DNA from: Nostoc sp.
Lineage (GTDB): Bacteria > Cyanobacteriota > Cyanobacteriia > Cyanobacteriales > Nostocaceae
Assembly: GCA_036918135.1 (NCBI GenBank)
Contig: JBALDB010000002.1
Coordinates: 1 to 64,000, forward strand
Direction of reading: 5' to 3'
DNA: 64,000 nt
The notes under the pieces were generated by a model. It searched no databases. It was not told the DNA's origin and saw nothing but the letters and a program-made list of their open reading frames with translations. A program made the position numbers and the translations under genes. Positions within the stretch are counted from its first letter, which is position 1, and each line of letters begins with the position of its first letter. This document shows positions 43,784 to 53,369 of the stretch, piece by piece.

Positions 43784-43975
43784 ATGTTCTACATACAACT
43801 TAAGGACAGGCGTTGGAATCAACCAAAGTCCTCAAACAACAAACCTGCTGCTTCCAAACCATCGGAAGTAGAGGCAACAAACGAAAGAAGTTCTAACTTT
43901 GCACTCATTAAAACTACGGAATACATCAGGAATATACAACAGGTTTATTACTTAGAATTTCCGTTGTTTTTCTAA
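43784..43975 (+). CDS. Small leader ORF preceding the tRNA array
   Basis: 63-aa ORF between promoter and first tRNA; ends YYLEFPLFF. Confidence 0.55.
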   Translation: MFYIQLKDRRWNQPKSSNNKPAASKPSEVEATNERSSNFALIKTTEYIRNIQQVYYLEFPLFF

Positions 43976-44094
43976 CAGTTTGTAATACAAAAAACTAATT
44001 CTTCTGAACCTTGAAAACTGAATAAGAAATGGGCAAGTTCACCAACAAAACATCTGTCTAAAAACCTAAAATTTAGGCACAGATTCCTAAAAAT

Positions 44095-44168
44095 CGGGGT
44101 GTAGCTCAATTGGCTAGAGCGTTCCGTTGTCTGCGGAAATGTTGCGGGTTCAAATCCCGTCACCCTGG
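44095..44168 (+). tRNA. tRNA-Asp(GTC)
   Basis: TTCCG-TTGTCTG-CGGAA; G73. Confidence 0.85.
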
Positions 44169-44172
44169 TTGA

Positions 44173-44249
44173 AGTCCCGTAGGCGAATAGTTGAAGCCGT
44201 CAGTTTCTCAAGCTGAAGATTGCGAGTGCGAATCTCGTCGGGACTCCCA
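44173..44249 (+). tRNA. tRNA-Glu(CTC)
   Basis: TCAGT-TTCTCAA-GCTGA; T-loop TGCGAAT; encoded CCA. Confidence 0.75.
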
Positions 44250-44252
44250 AAT

Positions 44253-44325
44253 GGCTGAGTAGCCAAGTGGTTGAAGGCATTGGTCTGCAAAACCGACATC
44301 GTGAGTTCAAATCTCACCTCAGCCT
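44253..44325 (+). tRNA. tRNA-Cys(GCA)
   Basis: TTGGT-CTGCAAA-ACCGA; U73. Confidence 0.9.
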
Positions 44326-44332
44326 CTGGTGC

Positions 44333-44406
44333 CGCAGTGTAGCTTAACGTAAAGCCCCTGGCTCATAACCGGGTTGATGCGGGTTCAAGTCCCGCCACTG
44401 CTACCA
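44333..44406 (+). tRNA. tRNA-Met(CAT), C1:U72 mismatch
   Basis: CCTGG-CTCATAA-CCGGG; encoded CCA. Confidence 0.85.
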
Positions 44407-44408
44407 AT

Positions 44409-44480
44409 GCAGGGATGGTGTAACGGCAACACCTCGTGACTCCAAATCCGATGTTCTGGGTTCAAATCCTAGTCCCTGCG
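44409..44480 (+). tRNA. tRNA-Trp(CCA)
   Basis: Loop CTCCAAA; bulged anticodon stem; G73. Confidence 0.8.
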
Positions 44481-44488
44481 TCAATCAT

Positions 44489-44561
44489 GCCCCTGTGGAC
44501 GAATGGTTAAGTCGCTGTTCTTTCAAACCAGAGATTGCGGGTTCAAATCCCGTCAGGGGAA
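44489..44561 (+). tRNA. tRNA-Glu(TTC)
   Basis: Loop CTTTCAA; 1:72 and anticodon-stem mismatches. Confidence 0.75.
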
Positions 44562-44569
44562 TCATTAAT

Positions 44570-44652
44570 GGGTCGATGGCCGAGTCTGGTTGAAGGCGAC
44601 AGTCTGTAAAACTGTTCTATTTTGCACGCAGGTTCAAATCCTGCTCGACCCA
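44570..44652 (+). tRNA. tRNA-Tyr(GTA)
   Basis: ACAGT-CTGTAAA-ACTGT; extended variable region. Confidence 0.9.
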
Positions 44653-44656
44653 CTGT

Positions 44657-44746
44657 GGAGAGGTGGCTGAGTGGCTCAAAGCGTCCTCCTGCTAAGAGGA
44701 AGCGGATAGTTAATATTCGTCGCAGGTTCAAATCCTGTCCTCTCCG
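44657..44746 (+). tRNA. tRNA-Ser(GCT)
   Basis: TCCTC-CTGCTAA-GAGGA; long variable arm; G73. Confidence 0.92.
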
Positions 44747-44750
44747 CCTT

Positions 44751-44825
44751 GAGAGTGTGGTGTAACTGGATAACATCTCAGTCTACGAAACTGAAGACAT
44801 GAGGGTTCAAATCCCTCCACTCTCG
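44751..44825 (+). tRNA. tRNA-Arg(ACG)
   Basis: TCAGT-CTACGAA-ACTGA. Confidence 0.9.
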
Positions 44826-44831
44826 TTACAT

Positions 44832-44900
44832 GGGAGAGATGAAGGAGTGGCTGATTCGAGTTGAATTAAACCAGTCCACTGGGTAAAACCCATCTCTCCT
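44832..44900 (+). ncRNA. tRNA-sized structured unit without recognisable anticodon arm
   Basis: GGAGAGATG/CATCTCTCC closing stem; internal stems; occupies a tRNA slot. Confidence 0.45.
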
Positions 44901-44906
44901 CTTTAT

Positions 44907-44981
44907 CTCCCGGTAGCTCAGTTGGTAGTTAGCGCCTGTCTGAAGAACAGGAGGTCGTCGGTTCGATTCCGACCTGGGGGG
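44907..44981 (+). tRNA. tRNA-Phe(GAA)
   Basis: CCTGT-CTGAAGA-ACAGG. Confidence 0.88.
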
Positions 44982-44987
44982 CTTCGT

Positions 44988-45062
<75 letters not shown>

Positions 45063-45109
45063 TCTATCATAATTCGTGAATTACGAATTACGAACTACGA
45101 ATTATTTAA

Positions 45110-45182
45110 TGCCGGGTGGACGAATTGGTAAGTCGCATCGCTCTGAACGATGAGGTTGCAGGTTCAAACCCTGCCCTGGCAA
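45110..45182 (+). tRNA. tRNA-Gln(CTG)
   Basis: CATCG-CTCTGAA-CGATG. Confidence 0.88.
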
Positions 45183-45185
45183 TAA

Positions 45186-45261
45186 AGCCCTGTGGTGTAA
45201 TTGGCAACATAGCGCCCTTTGAAGGCGAAGATTCCAGGTTCGAGTCCTGGTGGGGCTGCCA
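45186..45261 (+). tRNA. tRNA-Gln(TTG)
   Basis: Loop CTTTGAA; encoded CCA. Confidence 0.88.
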
Positions 45262-45267
45262 AACTTT

Positions 45268-45412
45268 GCTCTTGTAGCCCAACTGGAAGAGGCTGCCGTC
45301 TCAAAAACGGTAAATTGTGGGTACCCTTCTCTTCGAGACGCTACGCGAACGGGAAGCCGCTTCTCTACGAGACGCTTCGCGAACGCGTCTACGATTCCCA
45401 CCAAGAGTACCA
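45268..45412 (+). pseudogene. tRNA-Leu(CAA) interrupted by a 69-nt T-loop insertion (45323-45391)
   Basis: GCCGT-CTCAAAA-ACGGT; GTGGG-T[insert]CGATT-CCCAC; encoded CCA. Confidence 0.88.
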
Positions 45413-45418
45413 AAATTT

Positions 45419-45493
45419 GCTCCTGTAGCCCAATTGGAAGAGGTGGCAGACTTAAAATCTGTTTTGCTGTGGGTTCGACTCCCACCAAAAGTA
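45419..45493 (+). tRNA. tRNA-Leu(TAA), intronless, two acceptor-stem mismatches
   Basis: GCAGA-CTTAAAA-TCTGT; GCTCCTG/CAAAAGT. Confidence 0.75.
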
Positions 45494-45497
45494 CTAA

Positions 45498-45611
45498 CGT
45501 GGTGTAGCGCAGCTTGGTAGCGCGTCTACTTTGGGAGCAGGATGTCGCAGGTACCCTTCTCTTCGAGACGCTACGCGAACGGGAAGCAAGCTACAAATCC
45601 TGTCACCCCGA
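45498..45611 (+). pseudogene. tRNA-Pro(TGG) interrupted by a 41-nt T-loop insertion (45553-45593)
   Basis: Loop TTTGGGA; GCAGG-T[insert]CAAAT-CCTGT. Confidence 0.85.
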
Positions 45612-45614
45612 TAT

Positions 45615-45689
45615 GCCCCTGTGACGGAACTGGCATACGTACTGGAATCAGAGTCCAAATTTTGCTTCTTTCAAATCCTGTCATGGGTA
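45615..45689 (+). pseudogene. Degenerate tRNA-Leu(CAG)
   Basis: Loop ATCAGAG; 5' T-stem reads GCTTCT and cannot pair with CCTGT. Confidence 0.7.
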
Positions 45690-45693
45690 CTAA

Positions 45694-45797
45694 GCTCTCG
45701 TGGTGGAACGGAAGACGCACGCTTACTGAGGATGTAGTTTTTTGCAGATACCCTTCGGGAAGCCGCTTTGCGTCTACAAATCCTGTCGAGAGTACCA
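45694..45797 (+). pseudogene. tRNA-Leu(GAG) interrupted by a 27-nt T-loop insertion (45750-45776)
   Basis: Loop CTGAGGA with poor stem; GCAGA-T[insert]CAAAT-CCTGT; encoded CCA. Confidence 0.75.
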
Positions 45798-45803
45798 ATA
45801 TAT

Positions 45804-45876
45804 CTGGGTGTGGCGCAGTTGGGAGCGCGGGAGTTTTGGGAACTCCAGGTCGCAGGTTCAATCCCTGCCACTCAGA
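45804..45876 (+). tRNA. tRNA-Pro(TGG)
   Basis: GGAGT-TTTGGGA-ACTCC. Confidence 0.88.
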
Positions 45877-45880
45877 CTTT

Positions 45881-45953
45881 GCCCTTGTAGCCCAACGGAA
45901 GAGGCGCTTCGCTTAGAACGAAGAGGTTGCTGGTTCAAATCCAGTCAGGGGTA
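45881..45953 (+). tRNA. tRNA-Leu(TAG), short variable loop
   Basis: CTTCG-CTTAGAA-CGAAG; A73. Confidence 0.85.
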
Positions 45954-45963
45954 TTGGTGAATA

Positions 45964-46040
45964 TGCGGGGATAGAGCAACGGTGGCTCATCAGGCTCATA
46001 ACCTGAACATCGGCAGGTTCGACTCCTGCCCCCGTCACCA
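45964..46040 (+). tRNA. tRNA-Met(CAT), initiator-like
   Basis: TCAGG-CTCATAA-CCTGA; 1:72 mismatch; GAGC/GCTC D stem; encoded CCA. Confidence 0.85.
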
Positions 46041-46214
46041 AATTTTAGATTTTAAATTTTGAATTGTTGATTCAAAACTGAAAATCTAGAAAGGTGTGAG
46101 AACAAGCTTACTTTATTTGTACAACAAATGCTTTCATCTTAAATCTACAATTCTTTACTCAAACTCATATCTGAAGCTATGGTGTCAATCTAAAATCCAA
46201 AATTCAGAAATAGT

Positions 46215-46287
46215 GCTGGTGTAGCTCAATTGGCAGAGCAACTGACTTGTAATCAGTAGGTTGCAGGTTCAATTCCTGTTACCAGCT
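46215..46287 (+). tRNA. tRNA-Thr(TGT)
   Basis: ACTGA-CTTGTAA-TCAGT. Confidence 0.92.
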
Positions 46288-46291
46288 TGAT

Positions 46292-46362
46292 GCGGGTGTG
46301 ATGTAACGGCAGCATGAGACGTTTCCACCGTCTTCGTGCGAGTTCAAATCTCGCCGTCCGCT
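46292..46362 (+). tRNA. tRNA-Gly(TCC)
   Basis: AGACG-TTTCCAC-CGTCT; U73. Confidence 0.88.
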
Positions 46363-46371
46363 CTGAAACTT

Positions 46372-46443
46372 GCGGGTGTGATGTAATCGGTAGCATCTGA
46401 GTACGCCATACTCAGTGCGTGGGTTCAAGTCCCTCCACTCGCT
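46372..46443 (+). tRNA. tRNA-Gly(GCC), non-canonical C33
   Basis: TGAGT-ACGCCAT-ACTCA; U73. Confidence 0.75.
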
Positions 46444-46448
46444 TGCGT

Positions 46449-46524
46449 AGTCCTGTAACTCAATTGGTAGAGTGTCTTCCTTACAAGAAGAATGTCGCGG
46501 GTTCAATTCCTGCCAGGACTACCA
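46449..46524 (+). tRNA. tRNA-Val(TAC)
   Basis: TCTTC-CTTACAA-GAAGA; encoded CCA. Confidence 0.92.
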
Positions 46525-46530
46525 AATATT

Positions 46531-46604
46531 GGGAGTGTAGCTCAATGGAATAGAGCTTCGAGCTTCTACCTCGAAAGTTGTGGGTTCGAGTCCTACCACT
46601 CCCG
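46531..46604 (+). tRNA. tRNA-Arg(TCT)
   Basis: TCGAG-CTTCTAC-CTCGA. Confidence 0.9.
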
Positions 46605-46686
46605 CTTGAATAAGTAAAAAGTAAAAAAAGAGAAATAATTAAATTCTTCATTTGACTTTTGACTTTTAACTTTTGACTTGTTAAAT

Positions 46687-46760
46687 GGGGTCATAGCTCA
46701 GTTGGCTAGAGCGCCTGCCTTGCAAGCAGGAGGTCATGGGTTCAAGTCCCATTGATTCCA
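46687..46760 (+). tRNA. tRNA-Ala(TGC)
   Basis: CCTGC-CTTGCAA-GCAGG; G3:U70. Confidence 0.93.
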
Positions 46761-46765
46761 CTGAT

Positions 46766-46840
46766 GGTGTCTGAAGCCAAAGTGGTCGAGGCACTGGTTT
46801 GTGGAACCAGTCACAGCGGGTTCGAGTCCCGTCAGACGCC
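46766..46840 (+). tRNA. tRNA-His(GTG)
   Basis: CTGGT-TTGTGGA-ACCAG; G-1:C73. Confidence 0.9.
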
Positions 46841-46847
46841 CCTGAAT

Positions 46848-46930
46848 GGAAGATGCCGCTGAATGGACGGCAACTGGTCTTGAAAACCAGGGTATGGGCA
46901 ACTGTAGGGGTTCGATTCCTCCATCTTCCA
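46848..46930 (+). tRNA. tRNA-Ser(TGA) with 8/4 Sec-like architecture
   Basis: GGAAGATG/CATCTTCC; CTGGT-CTTGAAA-ACCAG; 4-bp T stem; long variable arm. Confidence 0.75.
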
Positions 46931-46935
46931 TTTAT

Positions 46936-47007
46936 CCACCTGAAGCCGAAAAGTGAGGCGCTGTGCTGATAACACAGAAATAGGAGGGGCAGTACCTCCC
47001 TGGTGGA
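46936..47007 (+). tRNA. tRNA-Ile(GAT), atypical T loop
   Basis: CTGTG-CTGATAA-CACAG; GGAGG-GGCAGTA-CCTCC. Confidence 0.75.
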
Positions 47008-47084
47008 TTTATATTCAGCGTTAGTGTTACAAGATTTGCGCTGTAACACGATCGCACTTGCTCATTTTTTATTCAAATTAACTA

Positions 47085-47155
47085 GGGTGGTTGGCATATC
47101 GGCTGTGCAGCGGGCTTTTAACCCGCAGAAATAGGTTCGACCCCTATACCACCCA
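47085..47155 (+). tRNA. tRNA-Lys(TTT)
   Basis: GCGGG-CTTTTAA-CCCGC. Confidence 0.85.
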
Positions 47156-47156
47156 T

Positions 47157-48245
47157 CTATAAATAGGAACTCGCGATCGCCAATTGAGCGTGTTGCAATA
47201 ATATATCTTCATCCAAAGCCTGAATAGAATATTGCGGTGTTATTGCCAGTAGTTTCTCAATTCTTTCTCTCGCTGCTTCCACAACGGATTCATCTAAACT
47301 ACCGTTGCTCAGAGAATTGATAAAATCTTCAGCAATCTGATAAGTTCTTTCTATAGATGATGAATTAATATTACGCGAAACAATAAATAAATCGCAGCCT
47401 GCATTAAACGATCGCTCTACAGTACCAGCTTGAGTAAACATATCTGAAATCGCTTTCATATCCAAGTCATCGGAAACAACAACTCCTTCAAAGCCAAGTT
47501 CTTTCCTAAGTATGTTTTTGAGAATAGCCTGAGAAAGGGTTGCTGGTACATCAGCATCTATCTTGGGAAATAAGATATGGACAGTCATAACTAGAGGAAT
47601 CTGTGCTTCGATCAGGCTTTTGAAAGGTATCAGTTCTCGAAGTCGCAGCTCTTCTAAGGTTAAATTGAGTATTGGTAGCTCGATGTGAGAATCTTGGCTA
47701 GTGTCTCCATGTCCGGGGAAATGTTTGGCGCATCCGATAATTCCTGAATCTCGAAGTCCAAGGTAGTAGTCACACGCACCTTGAGCAGCAGTTTCGGGAG
47801 TGCTACCAAAGGCGCGAGGCCCAATTACAGGATTATTAGGATGAGAAAAAATATCTGCTACGGGTGCCCAAGATAAATTGATTCCCAGTGATTTGAGTTC
47901 GACCGCTGTGGCTTTTGCTACCTCGTAGGCGTGCGATCGCAGCAACAACGCATAAGGAAATCGTGTAATCGGTAGCGGTGGACGAACAACACGACCTCCT
48001 TCGTGATCCAAAGTCACAAACATTGAATCACGTTCAGCATATTGTCTTATTTGGTTGTTTAGCTCCTTGAACTTTTCTAGCCAAACCTCATAGGGAGTGC
48101 CATCTAGAAAATTTTTAGCAAAAAATATCACCCCAATCGGCTTTAATTCACTGAGTGTGCGTTTATCTTCCTCACAAAGCGTATTACTTGAAATACCTAC
48201 AATCAGGTGATGTCCAAAGCGATTTAGCTCTTGCGATCGTGCCAT
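47157..48245 (-). CDS. nagZ: beta-N-acetylhexosaminidase (GH3)
   Basis: DHEGGRV, KHFPGHGDTSQDSH, SDDLDM. Confidence 0.93.
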   Translation of the reverse strand: MARSQELNRFGHHLIVGISSNTLCEEDKRTLSELKPIGVIFFAKNFLDGTPYEVWLEKFKELNNQIRQYAERDSMFVTLDHEGGRVVRPPLPITRFPYALLLRSHAYEVAKATAVELKSLGINLSWAPVADIFSHPNNPVIGPRAFGSTPETAAQGACDYYLGLRDSGIIGCAKHFPGHGDTSQDSHIELPILNLTLEELRLRELIPFKSLIEAQIPLVMTVHILFPKIDADVPATLSQAILKNILRKELGFEGVVVSDDLDMKAISDMFTQAGTVERSFNAGCDLFIVSRNINSSSIERTYQIAEDFINSLSNGSLDESVVEAARERIEKLLAITPQYSIQALDEDILLQHAQLAIASSYL

Positions 48246-48881
48246 AATCCTCTACCTGTAGTTGTGTAGCAATACAACTGGGATGCTCAACTTAAAAAAC
48301 ATCAACTTAATCCTATACTTTTATCTGGAGTGAGGGAGCCAGCACTCTTACAGGGGGTCTGCCAACTTGTTCGCTCTTAGCGTTCCTGTAGGTAGCAACT
48401 GCACCAAGCCTGAGCGCAACAGGATTCTATCAGATTAAGTTTAGTAAGTTTTTTTACGCATAAGACTTACGTAATAACTCTCTAAAACCCCTATTTCCAC
48501 CGAAGTTCAAATGCTTTTGGCAAGCCATCCTTCGGGCGTCTATAGCGGTTTGCCTTTGGCGCTCCCGTACCCCTACGGGGAAGCAAGCTACGCGTAGCGT
48601 TTTCGTCAGCAGAAGGGTAGCTGCCAATAGTGACTTGTGTACGTGTCCTCTGCACCTGTGTGGTTCGATTTTCTATTATCTATGCACAAGTTTTGACGCA
48701 GTCAAATAGGAGTCGTATATTTTAAGTAGATTTCGTTATTGATTTTTAACATCTTAGATACAAATTACATGATATTACTTACGTAGTTCCATAACAGTTT
48801 TTTAGCAAAAGTATTTTTGCTTAGACCTAAAAGTCTCTTGCCAGAGGCATTACATCCTGCTGTTTTCATTTCAGAAGATTT

Positions 48882-49829
48882 ATGTCAAGAAGTTTCTTTA
48901 ATAACTGTCTGGATAGAATTATTTCCAAAATTTATAACATTTGTTATGAAAATTATAAAGGATTAACTAAAAATCCTAGTTGGCTTTTGATGCGTAAAAT
49001 TGCTAGATTTAAAACTGGGCGAGCTATAATGATTTATTTCTTAAAACGCTCAGATAAATTAAATTTTAATCAAAGCAATTCTTGTTTTCCAGATGTAGAT
49101 GTAGATGACGTTGTTAACCATCTCAAAACTGATGGTTTATATTTGGGAATTTGTCTACCTAAAGAGATTGTTCAAGAAATAGTCAAGTTTGCATATTCAA
49201 CAGTCTGTTATGGTAATAGAAAAACAGATATGGGTTTCTTTTATGATTACAAAGAACAAGCACAAACTAAGTCAGAACAAAAGTTTATCATTGGCAGTTA
49301 TTTTAATACGGCTTTGCTTTGCCCTGCGATAAAAAAACTGCAAAGCGATCCAAAATTATTGTCAATAGCTGCTGCATTTTTAGATACTCAACCAATACAT
49401 CAAGGGAATCTGATGTGGTGGAGTTTTGCAGGAAGCACAACATATCTTGAAAAAAGTCAAGCTGCTCAATTGTTTCACTACGATGTTGACGATTACCGTT
49501 TTGTGAAGTTTTTCTTCTATTTGACTGATGTAGACGACCGCAGTGGTCCTCATATTTGTGTTCGTGGTAGTCATAATAAAAAGAAATGGTCACACCTTTG
49601 GCTACGCAAACGAGAAACAGATGAAGATATCATCGATTATTATGGTTTTGAATCTTTAGTGAAAATTTCTGGCAAAGCTGGTTTTGGATTTGTAGAAGAT
49701 CCGCTTTGTTTCCATAAAGGAATTACTCCTACTGAGCAAGACCGTTTAATATTACAAATAGAATTTGCTAGAACTGACTATGGGATGCAGCACGATTTAC
49801 GAGCAGCTTCTCTACTGAAATGTATTTAG
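48882..49829 (+). CDS. 2OG-Fe(II) dioxygenase, phytanoyl-CoA dioxygenase-like
   Basis: FHYD...YLTDV...GPH...GSH...FHKG facial triad pattern. Confidence 0.8.
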   Translation: MSRSFFNNCLDRIISKIYNICYENYKGLTKNPSWLLMRKIARFKTGRAIMIYFLKRSDKLNFNQSNSCFPDVDVDDVVNHLKTDGLYLGICLPKEIVQEIVKFAYSTVCYGNRKTDMGFFYDYKEQAQTKSEQKFIIGSYFNTALLCPAIKKLQSDPKLLSIAAAFLDTQPIHQGNLMWWSFAGSTTYLEKSQAAQLFHYDVDDYRFVKFFFYLTDVDDRSGPHICVRGSHNKKKWSHLWLRKRETDEDIIDYYGFESLVKISGKAGFGFVEDPLCFHKGITPTEQDRLILQIEFARTDYGMQHDLRAASLLKCI

Positions 49830-50341
49830 TTAATTGTGCGATCGTAAGTAACGTCAAAAGTGGAGCTATTATTAACTTTTCATCTCAATCTATATATCAC
49901 AAATATAAGTAATTTATCCTAGTTAAAATACTTAATTACTAATAAGTGCAGTTGTATTTTTTACATATAATATAATTTTCTCAAGCAAAGTAACCCCTAA
50001 ATCAATTAGCAGCCTTAACCAATGCCCTAAACATTTCCTAAAGAACAAATACACGGATTACCAAAGAAATCAAGTACTTTAAGACAACAGTTAAGAAGTA
50101 GTTTTTTGAGTCAAAGGTAATGACTTTTGTTTCTCCACATCTGGTAGTCTAAATCTAGATAAAATCAAGGCTGCAAAGCAATTATCAACAATGGTTGTCT
50201 TGGTGGGTGTGTCAGGGAAAATTCCCTTTTCCAGAAGTTTTTTGGAAAAGCGATCGCCCAACGACTACTAAATGTAACGGATTGCAACTTATAATAAAAA
50301 CGGCAAAACCATTAAGAAATATTGAAGGGCAGTAAGGTTAA

Positions 50342-52697
<2,356 letters not shown>

Positions 52698-52835
52698 GGA
52701 ATTAGTCATTGGTCACTTGTACTGAGCAAACGCGAGTGCGTCTCGTAGAGAAGTATTAGTCATTTATCAATAAAAAAGGACAAATGACTATTGATTATTA
52801 CCAATAAATCTGCTAACATCATTATTCGTGACCCT

Positions 52836-52923
52836 GGAGAGGTGGCTGAGTGGTCGAAAGCGGCAGATTGCTAATCTGTTAGGGGATTATATCCCCTCGA
52901 GGGTTCGAATCCCTCCCTCTCCG
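52836..52923 (+). tRNA. trnS: tRNA-Ser(GCT), housekeeping
   Basis: GGAGAGG...GCAGA-TTGCTAA-TCTGT; long variable arm. Confidence 0.96.
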
Positions 52924-53369
52924 TTTTTTAGGTATTGAGCCATAGCTAAAATTTAATTGCTTGCATAAAAATACTAAGCTGATGCGCGCGCATAACCTAT
53001 ATAAACACTTAATAGTTGCTGACCCCTTTGGGATGACGCTCCTGTCTTGAAAAGTTCAGATCGGCGGAAGCCGCCGCTCTGACTTTTCGCTACGTCGCTA
53101 ACGCTACGCTAATACCAGTCGCTTATAGAGGAGACCCCCAAAACTGTGCCGACTCACTGTTTACTGTTGACGGTTGACAGCGATCGGTCTATTAGGTAAA
53201 CCTACGAATTTAATGCGTAACAGCTTACCGATAGGAGTAACCGCTTTTACTCCCTCAGAGGGATGATATGATTTATCCTTTGGAGTCTTGATAAAATCAA
53301 ACTAACTTGGAAATCTAGTTTGAATATTACTTTTAGGCTCCTAAATATTATGGGGAGTAAAAGTAACTT

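Noticed and set aside
45323..45776. T-loop inserts as group I introns or CRISPR repeats
   Set aside because: Only 27-69 nt, no catalytic core, not in the anticodon loop, and related copies are dispersed in intergenic DNA.
46041..46214. 170-bp gap in the array as an HNH gene remnant or extra tRNA
   Set aside because: Only STRR-like heptamers and AT-rich sequence; no recognisable motif or cloverleaf.
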